A DNA stretch of 64,000 bases from Pseudomonadales bacterium (GCA_035458985.1 DATHYR010000344.1:22793-86792); one strand, 5' to 3'. Shown: positions 20,118 to 30,028, counted from the first letter of the stretch. Program-made: numbers and translations. The notes: generated from the letters alone by a model not told the origin.

Positions 20118-20741
20118 CTACAAGCCAAATGGGGCCGCATCGCCCACACCCTGACGAACCAAAACAGGCTCCTCACCTGACAAGTCGATGACCGTGGTCG
20201 GATCAAGACCGCAGTAGCCGCCATCAATGACCAAATCAACGTCGTGCTCAAGCCTCTCGCGGATATCATAAGGGTCAAGCATGGGATGTTTTTCCCCAGG
20301 CAGAATCAACGACACACTCATAATAGGCTCGCCATGGGCGGCCAAAAGATCCAAGGCAATATTATTTGCTGGGACACGAAGTCCTACCGTTTTTCGCTTC
20401 GGGTGTTGCAAGCGACGCGGGACCTCGCTGGTGGCGCGCAGGATGAATGTGTAAGCGCCTGGGGTATGATTCTTGATCAAGCGAAAATGACTATTGTCGA
20501 AGCGAGCGTAGTTGGATGCTTGCGACAAATCACTGCAGACCAGGGTGAAATTATGTTTGTCATCTAATTGACGAATACGACGAATGCGCTCAAGCGCTGC
20601 CTTATCATCAAGGTGACAACCCAAGGCGTAGGCAGAATCCGTGGGGTAAGCGATAACGCCGCCTTCCTTCAGAATCTGTGCCGCTTGCGCAATTAATCGC
20701 TTTTGCGGGTTATCAGGGTGAATTTGAAAAAACTGACTCAT
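20118..20741 (-). CDS. yciO: YciO (Sua5/YciO/YrdC-family, TsaC-like) protein
   Basis: MSQFFQIHPDNPQKRLI...YPTDSAYALGC...HNFTL.C is near-colinear with E. coli YciO as I recall it. Confidence 0.92.
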   Translation of the reverse strand: MSQFFQIHPDNPQKRLIAQAAQILKEGGVIAYPTDSAYALGCHLDDKAALERIRRIRQLDDKHNFTLVCSDLSQASNYARFDNSHFRLIKNHTPGAYTFILRATSEVPRRLQHPKRKTVGLRVPANNIALDLLAAHGEPIMSVSLILPGEKHPMLDPYDIRERLEHDVDLVIDGGYCGLDPTTVIDLSGEEPVLVRQGVGDAAPFGL

Positions 20742-20742
20742 G

Positions 20743-21633
20743 TCATCGTCCCAGTGAATACTTTTCCCATACTGGCGTCACGCCAGTCACTATTTCATTG
20801 GCCCTTCCAAGCGAATTCCACGGCATGTGATCACCATGATAGTCGCTGCCTCGAGAGGCCGATAATCCAAATTGACGCGCTAAACGAGCCAAATCCCGTT
20901 GTTCATCAGCGCGCTGTTGGCAGAAGGCTATTTCCATAGCCGCTCCACCGGATAAAGCAAAATGCGACAGTAGATCGCATAACTTTGTTCGCGTCATTTT
21001 GTACTTGTGAGGGTGCGCCAACACCGACACCCCACCAGCACAACGAATCCAATCAATCGCTTGCTCAATGGTCGGCCACATCACCTTGACGTCGCCAATT
21101 TTGCCTGCACCCAGCCATTTATTAAAGGCTTCATCAAAGTCCTTCACTGCGCCACAATCGATCAATGCCTGAGCAAAATGAGGACGCCCTACAGCACTTG
21201 GTGACGACGCATACGCAATAGCCGCCGCATAAACATCAGGCAGGCCTTTTTTACATAGCCTTTCGGCAATGGTCTTAGCGCGCCCCTCGCGGGCATTCGC
21301 TTGTTGCGCTTCAGCCGCCAAAAAGATATCGCAATCAACATCAACGCCCAAGCCAATGACATGAATATTCAGTCCACGCCATAGGGTTGAGAACTCCACG
21401 CCAGAGATTAACGTCAAGCCCTGATATTGATCTGGTGTCGTCGCCATAAACGCACGGGCCTCACGAAAACCAGCCGCATTATCATGATCTGTAATAGCCA
21501 GCAAATCGATATCGCGCGACACTGCCAGCTGTACCAGTTCCTCCGGCCTTAGGCGGCCATCTGATGCCGTGGTATGGCAGTGTAAATCGACATTATCGAA
21601 CGGTGGCAATTGCGCTTCTCTCCTTATTCGCAT
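20743..21633 (-). CDS. trpH: PHP-domain phosphoesterase TrpH/YciV (RNase AM)
   Basis: The N-terminal DLHCHTTASDG PHP motif continues as ITDHD, and a later PHP segment reads ...AHP. Adjacent to yciO, as in E. coli. Confidence 0.9.
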   Translation of the reverse strand: MRIRREAQLPPFDNVDLHCHTTASDGRLRPEELVQLAVSRDIDLLAITDHDNAAGFREARAFMATTPDQYQGLTLISGVEFSTLWRGLNIHVIGLGVDVDCDIFLAAEAQQANAREGRAKTIAERLCKKGLPDVYAAAIAYASSPSAVGRPHFAQALIDCGAVKDFDEAFNKWLGAGKIGDVKVMWPTIEQAIDWIRCAGGVSVLAHPHKYKMTRTKLCDLLSHFALSGGAAMEIAFCQQRADEQRDLARLARQFGLSASRGSDYHGDHMPWNSLGRANEIVTGVTPVWEKYSLGR

Positions 21634-21698
21634 AGCACTGAGATATCTATCAGGGTATGATAGCCATCACCTTAATTGCCATACGACTACACCTAACG

Positions 21699-22289
21699 AT
21701 GCAGCAAATTCTAGAATTTATTCCAATCGTACTTTTCTTTGTGACTTACCAAATGTCCGGGCAAACCATTGGCTTTGGCGAGTGGCAATACACCTTAGAT
21801 GGCATTTTCAGTGCCACGTTGGTATTGATGCTCGCCACCACACTGCAATTGCTACTGGCTAGATTGACAGCAGGCCATATTGAAAAACGTTTGTTTTGGA
21901 CATGGCTAGCGGTGGTTGTATTTGGTTCGCTGACAGTTTCGCTAAGAGATCAGAGTTTCATCCAGTGGAAGCCTACCATATTCAACTGGGCTCTGGCATT
22001 GGTTTTTCTCGCCAGCCACTGGGTTGGTGAAAAAAATTTGCTAGAACGCACGCTGGGAACCCAAATGGCTCTGCCAAAACACCTCTGGCGTCGGATGAGC
22101 TATCTTTGGATAGCTAACTTTGCCATCGTAGGCACGCTTAATATTTGGGTCGCTAAAACATTTAGCGAGGCCACATGGGTGAGTTACAAGCTCTATTCAT
22201 CGATTGGTTTCACCCTTGTCATTATGGTGATTACCGTTGCGATGATTGCCCCACATATCAAAGACACCCAGCGCGAAGAAAGCCTGTAA
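21699..22289 (+). CDS. yciB: Intracellular septation protein A (YciB/IspZ)
   Basis: [18 protein letters not shown]... is the YciB N-terminus, and the protein has five TM segments. I trimmed the start to the ATG at 21699. Confidence 0.9.
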   Translation: MQQILEFIPIVLFFVTYQMSGQTIGFGEWQYTLDGIFSATLVLMLATTLQLLLARLTAGHIEKRLFWTWLAVVVFGSLTVSLRDQSFIQWKPTIFNWALALVFLASHWVGEKNLLERTLGTQMALPKHLWRRMSYLWIANFAIVGTLNIWVAKTFSEATWVSYKLYSSIGFTLVIMVITVAMIAPHIKDTQREESL

Positions 22290-22300
22290 GGACGCTCATT

Positions 22301-22600
22301 ATGTATTACGTTATTTTTGCCGAAGACTCACCCAACTCTCTCGCCCAACGTTTAGAGGCTCGTCCAGCACATCTCGAACGACTGAAAGTTCTGGTTGATG
22401 AGGGTCGCCTTTTAGTGGCCGGTCCTATGCCAGCGATTGATAGCGAAGACCCAGGCAGCGAAGGGTTCACTGGCAGCACATTGATCGCTGAATTTTCAAG
22501 CTTAGATGCAGCAAAGGCCTGGGCTGATGCTGATCCCTACGTGAAGGCAGGGGTTTATCAAAGCGTGACCGTCAAACCTTTCAAAAAAGTCTTACCTTAA
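22301..22600 (+). CDS. yciI: YciI-family protein
   Basis: [28 protein letters not shown]...[39 protein letters not shown] matches E. coli YciI. The upstream 42 codons of the track ORF overlap yciB and I rejected them. Confidence 0.93.
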   Translation: MYYVIFAEDSPNSLAQRLEARPAHLERLKVLVDEGRLLVAGPMPAIDSEDPGSEGFTGSTLIAEFSSLDAAKAWADADPYVKAGVYQSVTVKPFKKVLP

Positions 22601-22612
22601 AAGGATCCAAGG

Positions 22613-23272
22613 ATGCGATACCTCACGCTTCTCATATTAGCCATCACCCTCTCAGCAGGCGCTTTAGCTGAAACGCGATATGTCTCCGATGTACTGCAGA
22701 TTCAACTTCGCAGCGGTCCGGGTACCCAGTATCGAATCATCAAGACATTACAGACAGGTACTGCACTGACCGTCAACGAGACGAAGCAAGAAAACGGCTA
22801 TGTGCAGGTATCCATTGATGGCAATACCGGCTGGGTAGCATCGCAATTCTTGATGAAGGAACCAAGCGCGAGAAGCCAACTAGCCAAGATGCAGCAAGAG
22901 CTGGCCAACCTGAAAGCCAATGCATCGCCAACACAACAGCGCTTAATAGAACTTGAAAGCCAAAACCGTCAACTGCAAGATGCGCTTGACGCGGCACAAT
23001 CATCGCTCACTACCGTCACCCAAGAACTGACGCATATCAAAGACATCTCCGCCAAGACAATTGAACTGGATCAAAGCAATAACAAACTACGCCTTGAAAA
23101 TTCCCATCTCATTAATGAAATGGATATTCTTCGCATCGAGAATACGCGATTAATGGAACAGGACAATCGCGACTTTATTCTTTACGGTGCGTTCGCTGTA
23201 TTACTTGGCGTTATCATCACCCTCATCGTGCCCCATTTAACGGCCAAGAAAAAACACTCCGAGTGGTTCTAA
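22613..23272 (+). CDS. SH3-domain membrane-anchored protein (YgiM/TIGR04211-like)
   Basis: Signal peptide, bacterial SH3 domain (RYVSDVLQIQLRSGPGTQYRII..L.TGT), long coiled coil and a C-terminal TM helix. Confidence 0.8.
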   Translation: MRYLTLLILAITLSAGALAETRYVSDVLQIQLRSGPGTQYRIIKTLQTGTALTVNETKQENGYVQVSIDGNTGWVASQFLMKEPSARSQLAKMQQELANLKANASPTQQRLIELESQNRQLQDALDAAQSSLTTVTQELTHIKDISAKTIELDQSNNKLRLENSHLINEMDILRIENTRLMEQDNRDFILYGAFAVLLGVIITLIVPHLTAKKKHSEWF

Positions 23273-23826
23273 TGCGCTCCTTATTTTGTCTTGTTGCTGC
23301 GCTGCTTTTCAGCCAACTGGCTATTGCGGTCGACAATCCCAGGGTACGAATTGACACGACCTTGGGCAGTTTCACATTGGAGTTATATCAAGAGGCAGCA
23401 CCCATTACCGTGGCAAATTTTTTACGCTATGTCGACGAAGGCTTTTACGACAACACGTTATTTCATAGGATCATCAAGCGATTTGTTGTACAAGGTGGCG
23501 GTTTCGGCCCAAATATGGCAAAAAAAGTAACCCACCCTCCCATCATTAACGAATCTCATAACCGACTTTATAATGATCGATTTACAGTCGCCATGGCACG
23601 CAATGACGACCCTGACAGCGCCACTAGTCAGTTCTATATTAATCTTCGTATGAATAGCTCACTGGATTTCCGCATGGGGAAAATCGGCTATACCGTCTTT
23701 GGGGAGGTCATCGAGGGCAAAGAGGTCGTCCATGATATGAGCTATGTCGAAACACATCATTTTGCTGGCATGGACGATGTACCCGTCGAGCCGGTCATTC
23801 TTATCAAAGCTGAGCGACTTCATTAA
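23272..23826 (+). CDS. ppiA: Periplasmic peptidyl-prolyl cis-trans isomerase (cyclophilin type)
   Basis: Signal peptide plus cyclophilin motifs (APITVANFLRYV, FHRIIKRFVVQGGGF, SQFYINL). Its ATG at 23272 overlaps the upstream stop (TAATG). Confidence 0.9.
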   Translation: MRSLFCLVAALLFSQLAIAVDNPRVRIDTTLGSFTLELYQEAAPITVANFLRYVDEGFYDNTLFHRIIKRFVVQGGGFGPNMAKKVTHPPIINESHNRLYNDRFTVAMARNDDPDSATSQFYINLRMNSSLDFRMGKIGYTVFGEVIEGKEVVHDMSYVETHHFAGMDDVPVEPVILIKAERLH

Positions 23827-24617
23827 TGACTACCTTACATCCACGGACAGCCTTAAGTGTCAACCTCAATAAGATTGCACTCATTCGCAACTCGAGGGTC
23901 ACCACCATACCCAACGTGGTGGACTTTGCTCATACCTGTATCAATGCTGGCGCGGATGGTATAACCGTTCATCCTAGGCCAGACCAGCGCCACATTCGTG
24001 CCAGTGACTGTGTAGCCCTCGCCGAGGCTATTTCGGTGGAGTTTAATATCGAGGGAAACCCCTTCGCGCCACCGCAAAAGAGTAAATATACACATGTTGG
24101 CGATTATCCAGGCTTTATGGCGTTAGTGGCTATGTGCCGTCCCGCGCAATGTACCCTTGTACCTGACGGCGACGGTCAACTGACCTCAGACCATGGATTT
24201 GACTTGTATCGTGATGCCGACAAACTCGCGCCGATCATCGCACAGTTGCACGCGCTAGGTTGTCGCGTAAGTTTATTCATGGATCCCATTCCAGAACAAA
24301 TGCCACTAGCAAAAGCCATTGGTGCAGACCGCATCGAATGGTATACCGGTCCCTATGCAGAAGCACATGCTGAAGGTCATTGGCGCGATAGTTGGCAAGC
24401 TTATCAACAGGCTACCGAGGCAGCACTCACCGCCGGGCTTGGCGTTAACGCAGGTCACGACCTTAATCTCGACAACCTCGCCGACTTTTTGAAGATTCCG
24501 GGAATTCTAGAGGTGTCTATAGGTCACGCGTTGACAGTTGATGCTTTAGTGATGGGTATGGGGCCGGCGGTAAAAGCTTATCGCAACTGCATTGACGAGG
24601 TGTTTCAACAGGCCTAG
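23826..24617 (+). CDS. pdxJ: Pyridoxine 5'-phosphate synthase family protein (divergent NK / HPRPD subtype)
   Basis: LSVNLNKIALIRNSR, GITVHPRPDQRHI, NIEGNP, VNAGHDL and SIGHAL align with the PdxJ TIM-barrel motifs. The start overlaps the ppiA stop (TAATG). Confidence 0.8.
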   Translation: MTTLHPRTALSVNLNKIALIRNSRVTTIPNVVDFAHTCINAGADGITVHPRPDQRHIRASDCVALAEAISVEFNIEGNPFAPPQKSKYTHVGDYPGFMALVAMCRPAQCTLVPDGDGQLTSDHGFDLYRDADKLAPIIAQLHALGCRVSLFMDPIPEQMPLAKAIGADRIEWYTGPYAEAHAEGHWRDSWQAYQQATEAALTAGLGVNAGHDLNLDNLADFLKIPGILEVSIGHALTVDALVMGMGPAVKAYRNCIDEVFQQA

Positions 24618-25306
24618 GGCAGTATCAACCGAAATATCCCACCCCCCGAGGGGTTATTGGCCAGTTCAATGCGTCCTTGCTGCCCCTCATTGGTGTGGAG
24701 CGCGGCAATATGATTTGAAAAAAAAAGCCCTAGATTAGTACTTCCAGACTTAAAACTCACACCACGCTGGTAATCTGTATTTTCGTCAATCATGCTCGGG
24801 GGAAATCCCGGACCATCGTCTAGCACCTCAATCAACACCCCACCCTCGTGCGGCGTCGCTGATAAGCGAATAACACTTTGTGTATATTTAGCCGCATTCA
24901 CAATGGCATTATTTAAAACACCGGCAATTAACTCTGCATCAAAATAGGCCAACACGTCATCTGCCACATCGATAAGCAAAGATACATTAAAAGCCTCGAG
25001 TAACACCGCATGACGCAATTGTTGATCTTCAAAAAATTCAGGTAAATACACCTCATCAACATTCGCTTGTAACTGCTTATTTTGCAGCCGATAAAGGCTT
25101 AACAGGTAAATGAGATCGTTATTAATACGGCTAGCTTCACCTCTCAATAGCGAGAAATAGCCTTTCAACTCCTGCGCCTGATCGACAGCCACGGCATCCA
25201 TTTGATCTAGGGTAGATAACAGCATACCCAAGGAGTTTTTCATGTCGTGTGCGGCCGAGGCCAACAACATTGAGAAATCAATATTTTGACTATCAGGTGT
25301 CGCCAT
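24614..25306 (-). CDS. Soluble histidine kinase core (DHp + CA only, no sensor or TM domain)
   Basis: H-box SAAHDMKNSLG, N-box NNAIVNAAKYT, G1 DDGPGF and G2 GSTNLGL. The protein is 230 aa with no hydrophobic segment. A 4 nt gap separates it from the upstream regulator gene. Confidence 0.88.
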   Translation of the reverse strand: MATPDSQNIDFSMLLASAAHDMKNSLGMLLSTLDQMDAVAVDQAQELKGYFSLLRGEASRINNDLIYLLSLYRLQNKQLQANVDEVYLPEFFEDQQLRHAVLLEAFNVSLLIDVADDVLAYFDAELIAGVLNNAIVNAAKYTQSVIRLSATPHEGGVLIEVLDDGPGFPPSMIDENTDYQRGVSFKSGSTNLGLFFSNHIAALHTNEGQQGRIELANNPSGGGIFRLILP

Positions 25307-25310
25307 ACGC

Positions 25311-26933
25311 CTATAAGGACTGCTTCAACGTTTGGTAAAGCTTATAAAATTCACTGTCACTTGAAAGCTCTCCAACACTACTGAGAATATCTCGACAAAC
25401 TTGCGTCGTCTCGGCGTTACGTCCATCCACCTGCATTTTCTGAACTTGCGCTAACACCAAGTTAAGTTTTAAACCAATGTTATTGGGATACAAATCCAGT
25501 GCCTGGCTAAACAGCACCACAGCGTCTGCGAAATTTTTCTCTTGCAGCAATTGTTTACCTTCTCGGTTAAGCTTGATCGCCGCAGCTTTACCAAGTTTGG
25601 AGAGAGGCTCAGACGATGCACGGTCGATTTTTTTGCAGAGCACCTCATCATCGGGATAATCCGCTGCGAGTGCTTTGAGAATTTCTTGAGCGCGTTCTTG
25701 CTGACCGTTATCTATCAACAAATTGGCAAACTCTAGGCGAGACTCGGGGCCAATGGACGCGCCCATCTGACCCTCCAAAAGCGCATAATCAGATGCCACT
25801 TTTTCCATTAACGCTTTGGCTTCTGCTTCATTGCCGGTCAATTTATTCGCAGTACTGGATACCATATTAACGCGCATGGTCACTATCGGATCACGAAACT
25901 TTTGTTTCACTTTTCCTAGAACACGCTGCGACTCTTTAAATCGATCACTGTTTTCAGGCCCTTGTATCGCCATGACCTTATTGACGCTATTGGCATAATC
26001 AAGATACATATTGGGCCCCTCGTGCATGGAGTGCTCGGAGGATTTCATGGCAAATTTGTGGGCAGATTCAGCAGCAAGAAGATCATTATTCTCTTCGGCG
26101 ACATAGGCCAATTGCTTTTGTCGCTTTACTGAGCGGGGCGACACCGACACCGCATGTTCCAAAACCGCTTGAACACCTCGGTTATCGCCACGCTTAGCCG
26201 CAATACCCGCCATCAAGTCATACGCCTCCATGTGGGGCGTATTTTGCGCCAACATCGGCGCCAAAATATCATTGGCCTGATCGTATTCTTGCAACTCGAA
26301 GTGACAGCGGGCCTTGCCTAATTTGGCCCAATCCAATTCACGTACCGACAACACTTGATCGAATACAGCCTTGGCTTTTTCATACTTAGCACTACGCAGA
26401 TAAAATTCACCCAGCATTTTCATATAGGTGGTGCGTCGCTTAGGATCCGACTGTATCCCCGCAATGCAAAGCTCAATAGCCAAATCAATATTACCAACCT
26501 CTTGTGCCATCAACACTGGCCCAATAGCTTGCTTTTCCAACACGATGCGCTGTAGACGTTGCAGTAATTCTGCCTGATTAAACGGTTTGTTGAGATAGGT
26601 ATCGGGGGCAAATTCCAAAGCACCAAACACAAAATCTTTGGTAGCTTCAGCGGTGATCATAATGTAGGCACACGTTGATTTAATTAGCTTGCGGTGTCGT
26701 AATTCCTCTAACAGCTGCTGCCCATTTTTACCGGCGCCCAGATTAAAATCGGCAAAAATGACATCGTATTTTTGTTTACTACAGGCAAGCAAGGCTTTCT
26801 CACCGTTGTAGACAATATCAATGGCTTCCGCACCCGCACTATTAAGAATCCTTTCGATCTGCTTACACATCGCGGGGAAATCATCGATGATGAGAAATTT
26901 AAGATTTTTGTAAGGACTTTCTCGTGACGCCAT
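25311..26933 (-). CDS. Response regulator: receiver domain fused to about 400 aa of TPR-like repeats
   Basis: REC residues are present (IIDDF, DVIFADFNLG, MITAE, LNKPF). The remainder is helical repeat sequence with TPR-like A/Y/L periodicity, and I see no HTH or enzymatic motif. Confidence 0.88.
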   Translation of the reverse strand: MASRESPYKNLKFLIIDDFPAMCKQIERILNSAGAEAIDIVYNGEKALLACSKQKYDVIFADFNLGAGKNGQQLLEELRHRKLIKSTCAYIMITAEATKDFVFGALEFAPDTYLNKPFNQAELLQRLQRIVLEKQAIGPVLMAQEVGNIDLAIELCIAGIQSDPKRRTTYMKMLGEFYLRSAKYEKAKAVFDQVLSVRELDWAKLGKARCHFELQEYDQANDILAPMLAQNTPHMEAYDLMAGIAAKRGDNRGVQAVLEHAVSVSPRSVKRQKQLAYVAEENNDLLAAESAHKFAMKSSEHSMHEGPNMYLDYANSVNKVMAIQGPENSDRFKESQRVLGKVKQKFRDPIVTMRVNMVSSTANKLTGNEAEAKALMEKVASDYALLEGQMGASIGPESRLEFANLLIDNGQQERAQEILKALAADYPDDEVLCKKIDRASSEPLSKLGKAAAIKLNREGKQLLQEKNFADAVVLFSQALDLYPNNIGLKLNLVLAQVQKMQVDGRNAETTQVCRDILSSVGELSSDSEFYKLYQTLKQSL

Positions 26934-26974
26934 TGATCCCTCAAACGAGTCTATTTTTTTGAATTATAGACACT

Positions 26975-27532
26975 TTATTCAGTTTCGCTGTCCTTTATTA
27001 AAATCACTCGCGCACCGACACCCCTATGAAAGGGTGAGTAGTGCCAAGGCCAATCCCAATAAAGGCTCGGACGCACTCGCCACTCGGCACGCTCAACACG
27101 CGCTTGCCACAACATATGATTCGATTTTTCAACGTCAATCACCGGATAACGGTAGTCAAACTCGCCGACCTTTTGGGTAATAAACCCCGACAACTCACCC
27201 ACGGCGGTAATAGATTTACCCTCGCTGTAATCAACAGGCTCTACAAACCCAGACAGTTTAATAAAAAATCGACCTTCTGATGGTTTATCCTGTGGACGTC
27301 CGCTACTCATTAGGGGCCGCTGCAACACTTCAATCCATGTTTCTTCAGGCTGATTGCGAATAGCAATGATTTCCCCACCCCAGCGAACACGTTGACCGGC
27401 GTAATTTTCATCTGACGCCTGCATGACACGCGCAATATCGGGCGCCCCTTCTATCGGCGTGTTGAAGACTGTTGGTGCCGTGCTGCAGGCACTGACCAAC
27501 ATAACGCTAAGCAAAATAAGTGAACGCCACAT
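26975..27532 (-). CDS. slp: Slp/YeaY-family outer-membrane lipoprotein
   Basis: Lipobox LVSAC-S and an Slp core (VRWGGEIIAIRNQPEETWIEVLQRPL). I trimmed the start to the ATG at 27532; the track extension overlaps trpS. Confidence 0.85.
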   Translation of the reverse strand: MWRSLILLSVMLVSACSTAPTVFNTPIEGAPDIARVMQASDENYAGQRVRWGGEIIAIRNQPEETWIEVLQRPLMSSGRPQDKPSEGRFFIKLSGFVEPVDYSEGKSITAVGELSGFITQKVGEFDYRYPVIDVEKSNHMLWQARVERAEWRVRPSLYWDWPWHYSPFHRGVGARVILIKDSETE

Positions 27533-27548
27533 AGTGCTACCTCGTGTT

Positions 27549-28553
27549 TTAGAGCGGACGGATGCCAACGGCTGCGCGAACTTTTTCAATCGTTTCAGCA
27601 GCACACTCACGGGCGCGACGCGCCCCTTTTTGCAATTCATCTTCAATATATGACATATCGGATAACAGCGCCTCATAGCGCTGACGTGCAGGCGCCAGCT
27701 CATCATTAATCAGCTCAAATAATTCTTTTTTAGCTTGTCCCCAGGCGATACCCTCAGCAAACTGTTGCCGCATATAGGTCACTTGCTCAGGAGTGGCAAA
27801 CGCTTCCCAAAACTGAAAAACAACCGCCTCATCAGGGTCTTTAGGTTGACCCGGCTCCAGCAAATTCGTTTTAATTTTATTAATCGATTTTTGCAATTTC
27901 TTAGGCGTGTCGAACAAGGGAATAGTATTACCGTAACTCTTGCTCATTTTACGACCATCTAGGCCCGACAAGACCGACACATCCTCATCGACCACCGCTT
28001 CAGGTAACGCAAAGACTTCACCAAAATGGTGATTAAATCGTTGCGCAATGTCTCGCGCCATCTCAACGTGCTGAATCTGATCTTTCCCCACAGGAACTTG
28101 GTTGGCGTTGAACATAAGAATATCAGCCGCCATTAACACCGGATAACTATAGAGCCCCATGGTCACACCGTAATCTGGATCTTCGCCTGCCTCCTCGTTG
28201 GCCTGAACAGCCGCCTTGTAAGCATGCGCGCGATTCATCAAGCCTTTCGCAGTGAGACAGGAAAGAATCCACATCAACTCTGGAATTTGTGGTACATCAC
28301 TTTGCCGATAAAAGTACGTCTTTGAGGTATCCAACCCAAGTGCCAACCATGTAGCGGCGATTTCACGGGTAGATTGATGAACGTGAGCGGGATCATGACA
28401 CTTGATCAAGGCGTGGTAATCCGCCAAGAACAGATAACTATCCACATCACCCCCATTACTGGCCGCAATCGCCGGACGAATAGCGCCGACATAGTTACCT
28501 AAGTGAGGGGTTCCCGTGGTCGTTATTCCTGTGAGGACACGCTGTTTTTGCAT
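27549..28553 (-). CDS. trpS: Tryptophan--tRNA ligase
   Basis: Class I HIGH-type motif TGTPHLGNY and KMSKS (KMSKS present). 334 aa. Confidence 0.97.
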   Translation of the reverse strand: MQKQRVLTGITTTGTPHLGNYVGAIRPAIAASNGGDVDSYLFLADYHALIKCHDPAHVHQSTREIAATWLALGLDTSKTYFYRQSDVPQIPELMWILSCLTAKGLMNRAHAYKAAVQANEEAGEDPDYGVTMGLYSYPVLMAADILMFNANQVPVGKDQIQHVEMARDIAQRFNHHFGEVFALPEAVVDEDVSVLSGLDGRKMSKSYGNTIPLFDTPKKLQKSINKIKTNLLEPGQPKDPDEAVVFQFWEAFATPEQVTYMRQQFAEGIAWGQAKKELFELINDELAPARQRYEALLSDMSYIEDELQKGARRARECAAETIEKVRAAVGIRPL

Positions 28554-28562
28554 TGCAATTCC

Positions 28563-29861
28563 TTAAGCTAATCGCGGCTCTTTAAAAAAGTGACTGAGTA
28601 CGCGGTATAAATAATGGGCATCGTCGCTGCCTGCCGTCTCACGTATGGAGTGCATGGCAAAGGTTGGGACGCCGATATCAATGGTGTGCACGCCAATTTC
28701 ACTGGCAGTAATAGGTCCAATGGTACTGCCACAGCCCATGTCGTTGCGTACGACAAAACTTTGCACCGGCACATCGACAGCCTCGCACCAATGCTTAAAG
28801 AGTGACGAAGTAAAACCATTCGTAGCGTAACGCTGATTACTGTTGAGTTTAATAACCGGCCCTTGGTTGAGCACAGGGCCGTGATTACCATCATGCTTGT
28901 TGACAAAATTTGGGTGAACACCATGAGCGTTGTCGGCCGACACCATGACAGAGCGTTGAATCATTCGATCACGCTGAATAGCATCCGGCACAATGCGCTG
29001 CAGAAATGACGCCAACATGGGACCATGGGCACCACACATAGAGGAAGAACCTACCTCTTCGTGGTCATTCATGACAATCAACTGAGACTGTTGGCTGTCA
29101 GTGTCGAGCAATGTACGTAAGGCCACGTAACAACTCAACAAATTATCGAGCCGGGCCGAGGCGATGAAATGGTTATTCCATCCCACCAAAGCAGGAGGAT
29201 TAACATCATAAAAACACAACTCATAATCTAAAATTGTCGCGACATCCATGTGAGGATGCTGGGCAATAAGTTGCGCCAAAATGAGATCTCGTACCGGGGG
29301 AACTTTGTCACCTTGCCCCACCGATAACACGGGATTAATGTCTGTTTGCGAATTCACAGCACGGCCACTGTTTGCCTCGCGATCAAGGTGAATGGCTAAG
29401 CTGGGTATAATGGCGATGGGACGCACAAAGTCAATCATGGCTCGGTGCATGTCACCTTTACTGTCGCGATAAAACACACGTCCAGCCAAGGACAAATCCC
29501 TGTCAAACCAGGGATGTAAAAGCACGCCTCCATAGACTTCAACCGCTAACTGGTGGTAACCCTTGCTGCACAAATCTGGCTTCGGCTTCACCTTCAGGCA
29601 AGGGCTATCGGTATGTGCACCCACCATACGGATACCTGTCTCGACAGGCGAGTTTTCTCCATAGACGAAGGCTATCAGCGACGAATCGTTCCGCGTGGTG
29701 AAATATTTCCCCCCCGCTTCCAACTGCCAATTATCACCTTCACTAAGCGCTTTAAATCCCGCCTCGACCAACATGGCAGAAGCACTACTCACCGCATGAA
29801 AAGGGGTGGGTGATGCGCGAAGAAAATCGAGTAACCCAAGATTAAAAGTCTGTTTATCCAT
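28563..29861 (-). CDS. apeB: M18-family aspartyl aminopeptidase
   Basis: FLRASPTPFHAV N-terminus and M18 metal-ligand regions (GAHTDSPC, NDHEEVGS, DNAHGVHPN, HSIRE). Confidence 0.9.
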   Translation of the reverse strand: MDKQTFNLGLLDFLRASPTPFHAVSSASAMLVEAGFKALSEGDNWQLEAGGKYFTTRNDSSLIAFVYGENSPVETGIRMVGAHTDSPCLKVKPKPDLCSKGYHQLAVEVYGGVLLHPWFDRDLSLAGRVFYRDSKGDMHRAMIDFVRPIAIIPSLAIHLDREANSGRAVNSQTDINPVLSVGQGDKVPPVRDLILAQLIAQHPHMDVATILDYELCFYDVNPPALVGWNNHFIASARLDNLLSCYVALRTLLDTDSQQSQLIVMNDHEEVGSSSMCGAHGPMLASFLQRIVPDAIQRDRMIQRSVMVSADNAHGVHPNFVNKHDGNHGPVLNQGPVIKLNSNQRYATNGFTSSLFKHWCEAVDVPVQSFVVRNDMGCGSTIGPITASEIGVHTIDIGVPTFAMHSIRETAGSDDAHYLYRVLSHFFKEPRLA

Positions 29862-30028
29862 GTGTCTTCCCGACGCAATAAAAGCCTTAATTTAACACAT
29901 TTCTAGATCCATGCTGAGAAGAAAATCCACGTAAAAAACATCGCTAAGTCATATTTAGCCAAGACCATAAAGATTGACCAATCATGACATTGAAAACATT
30001 AAACTATCGATCTTAAAGAGGAAATTTT

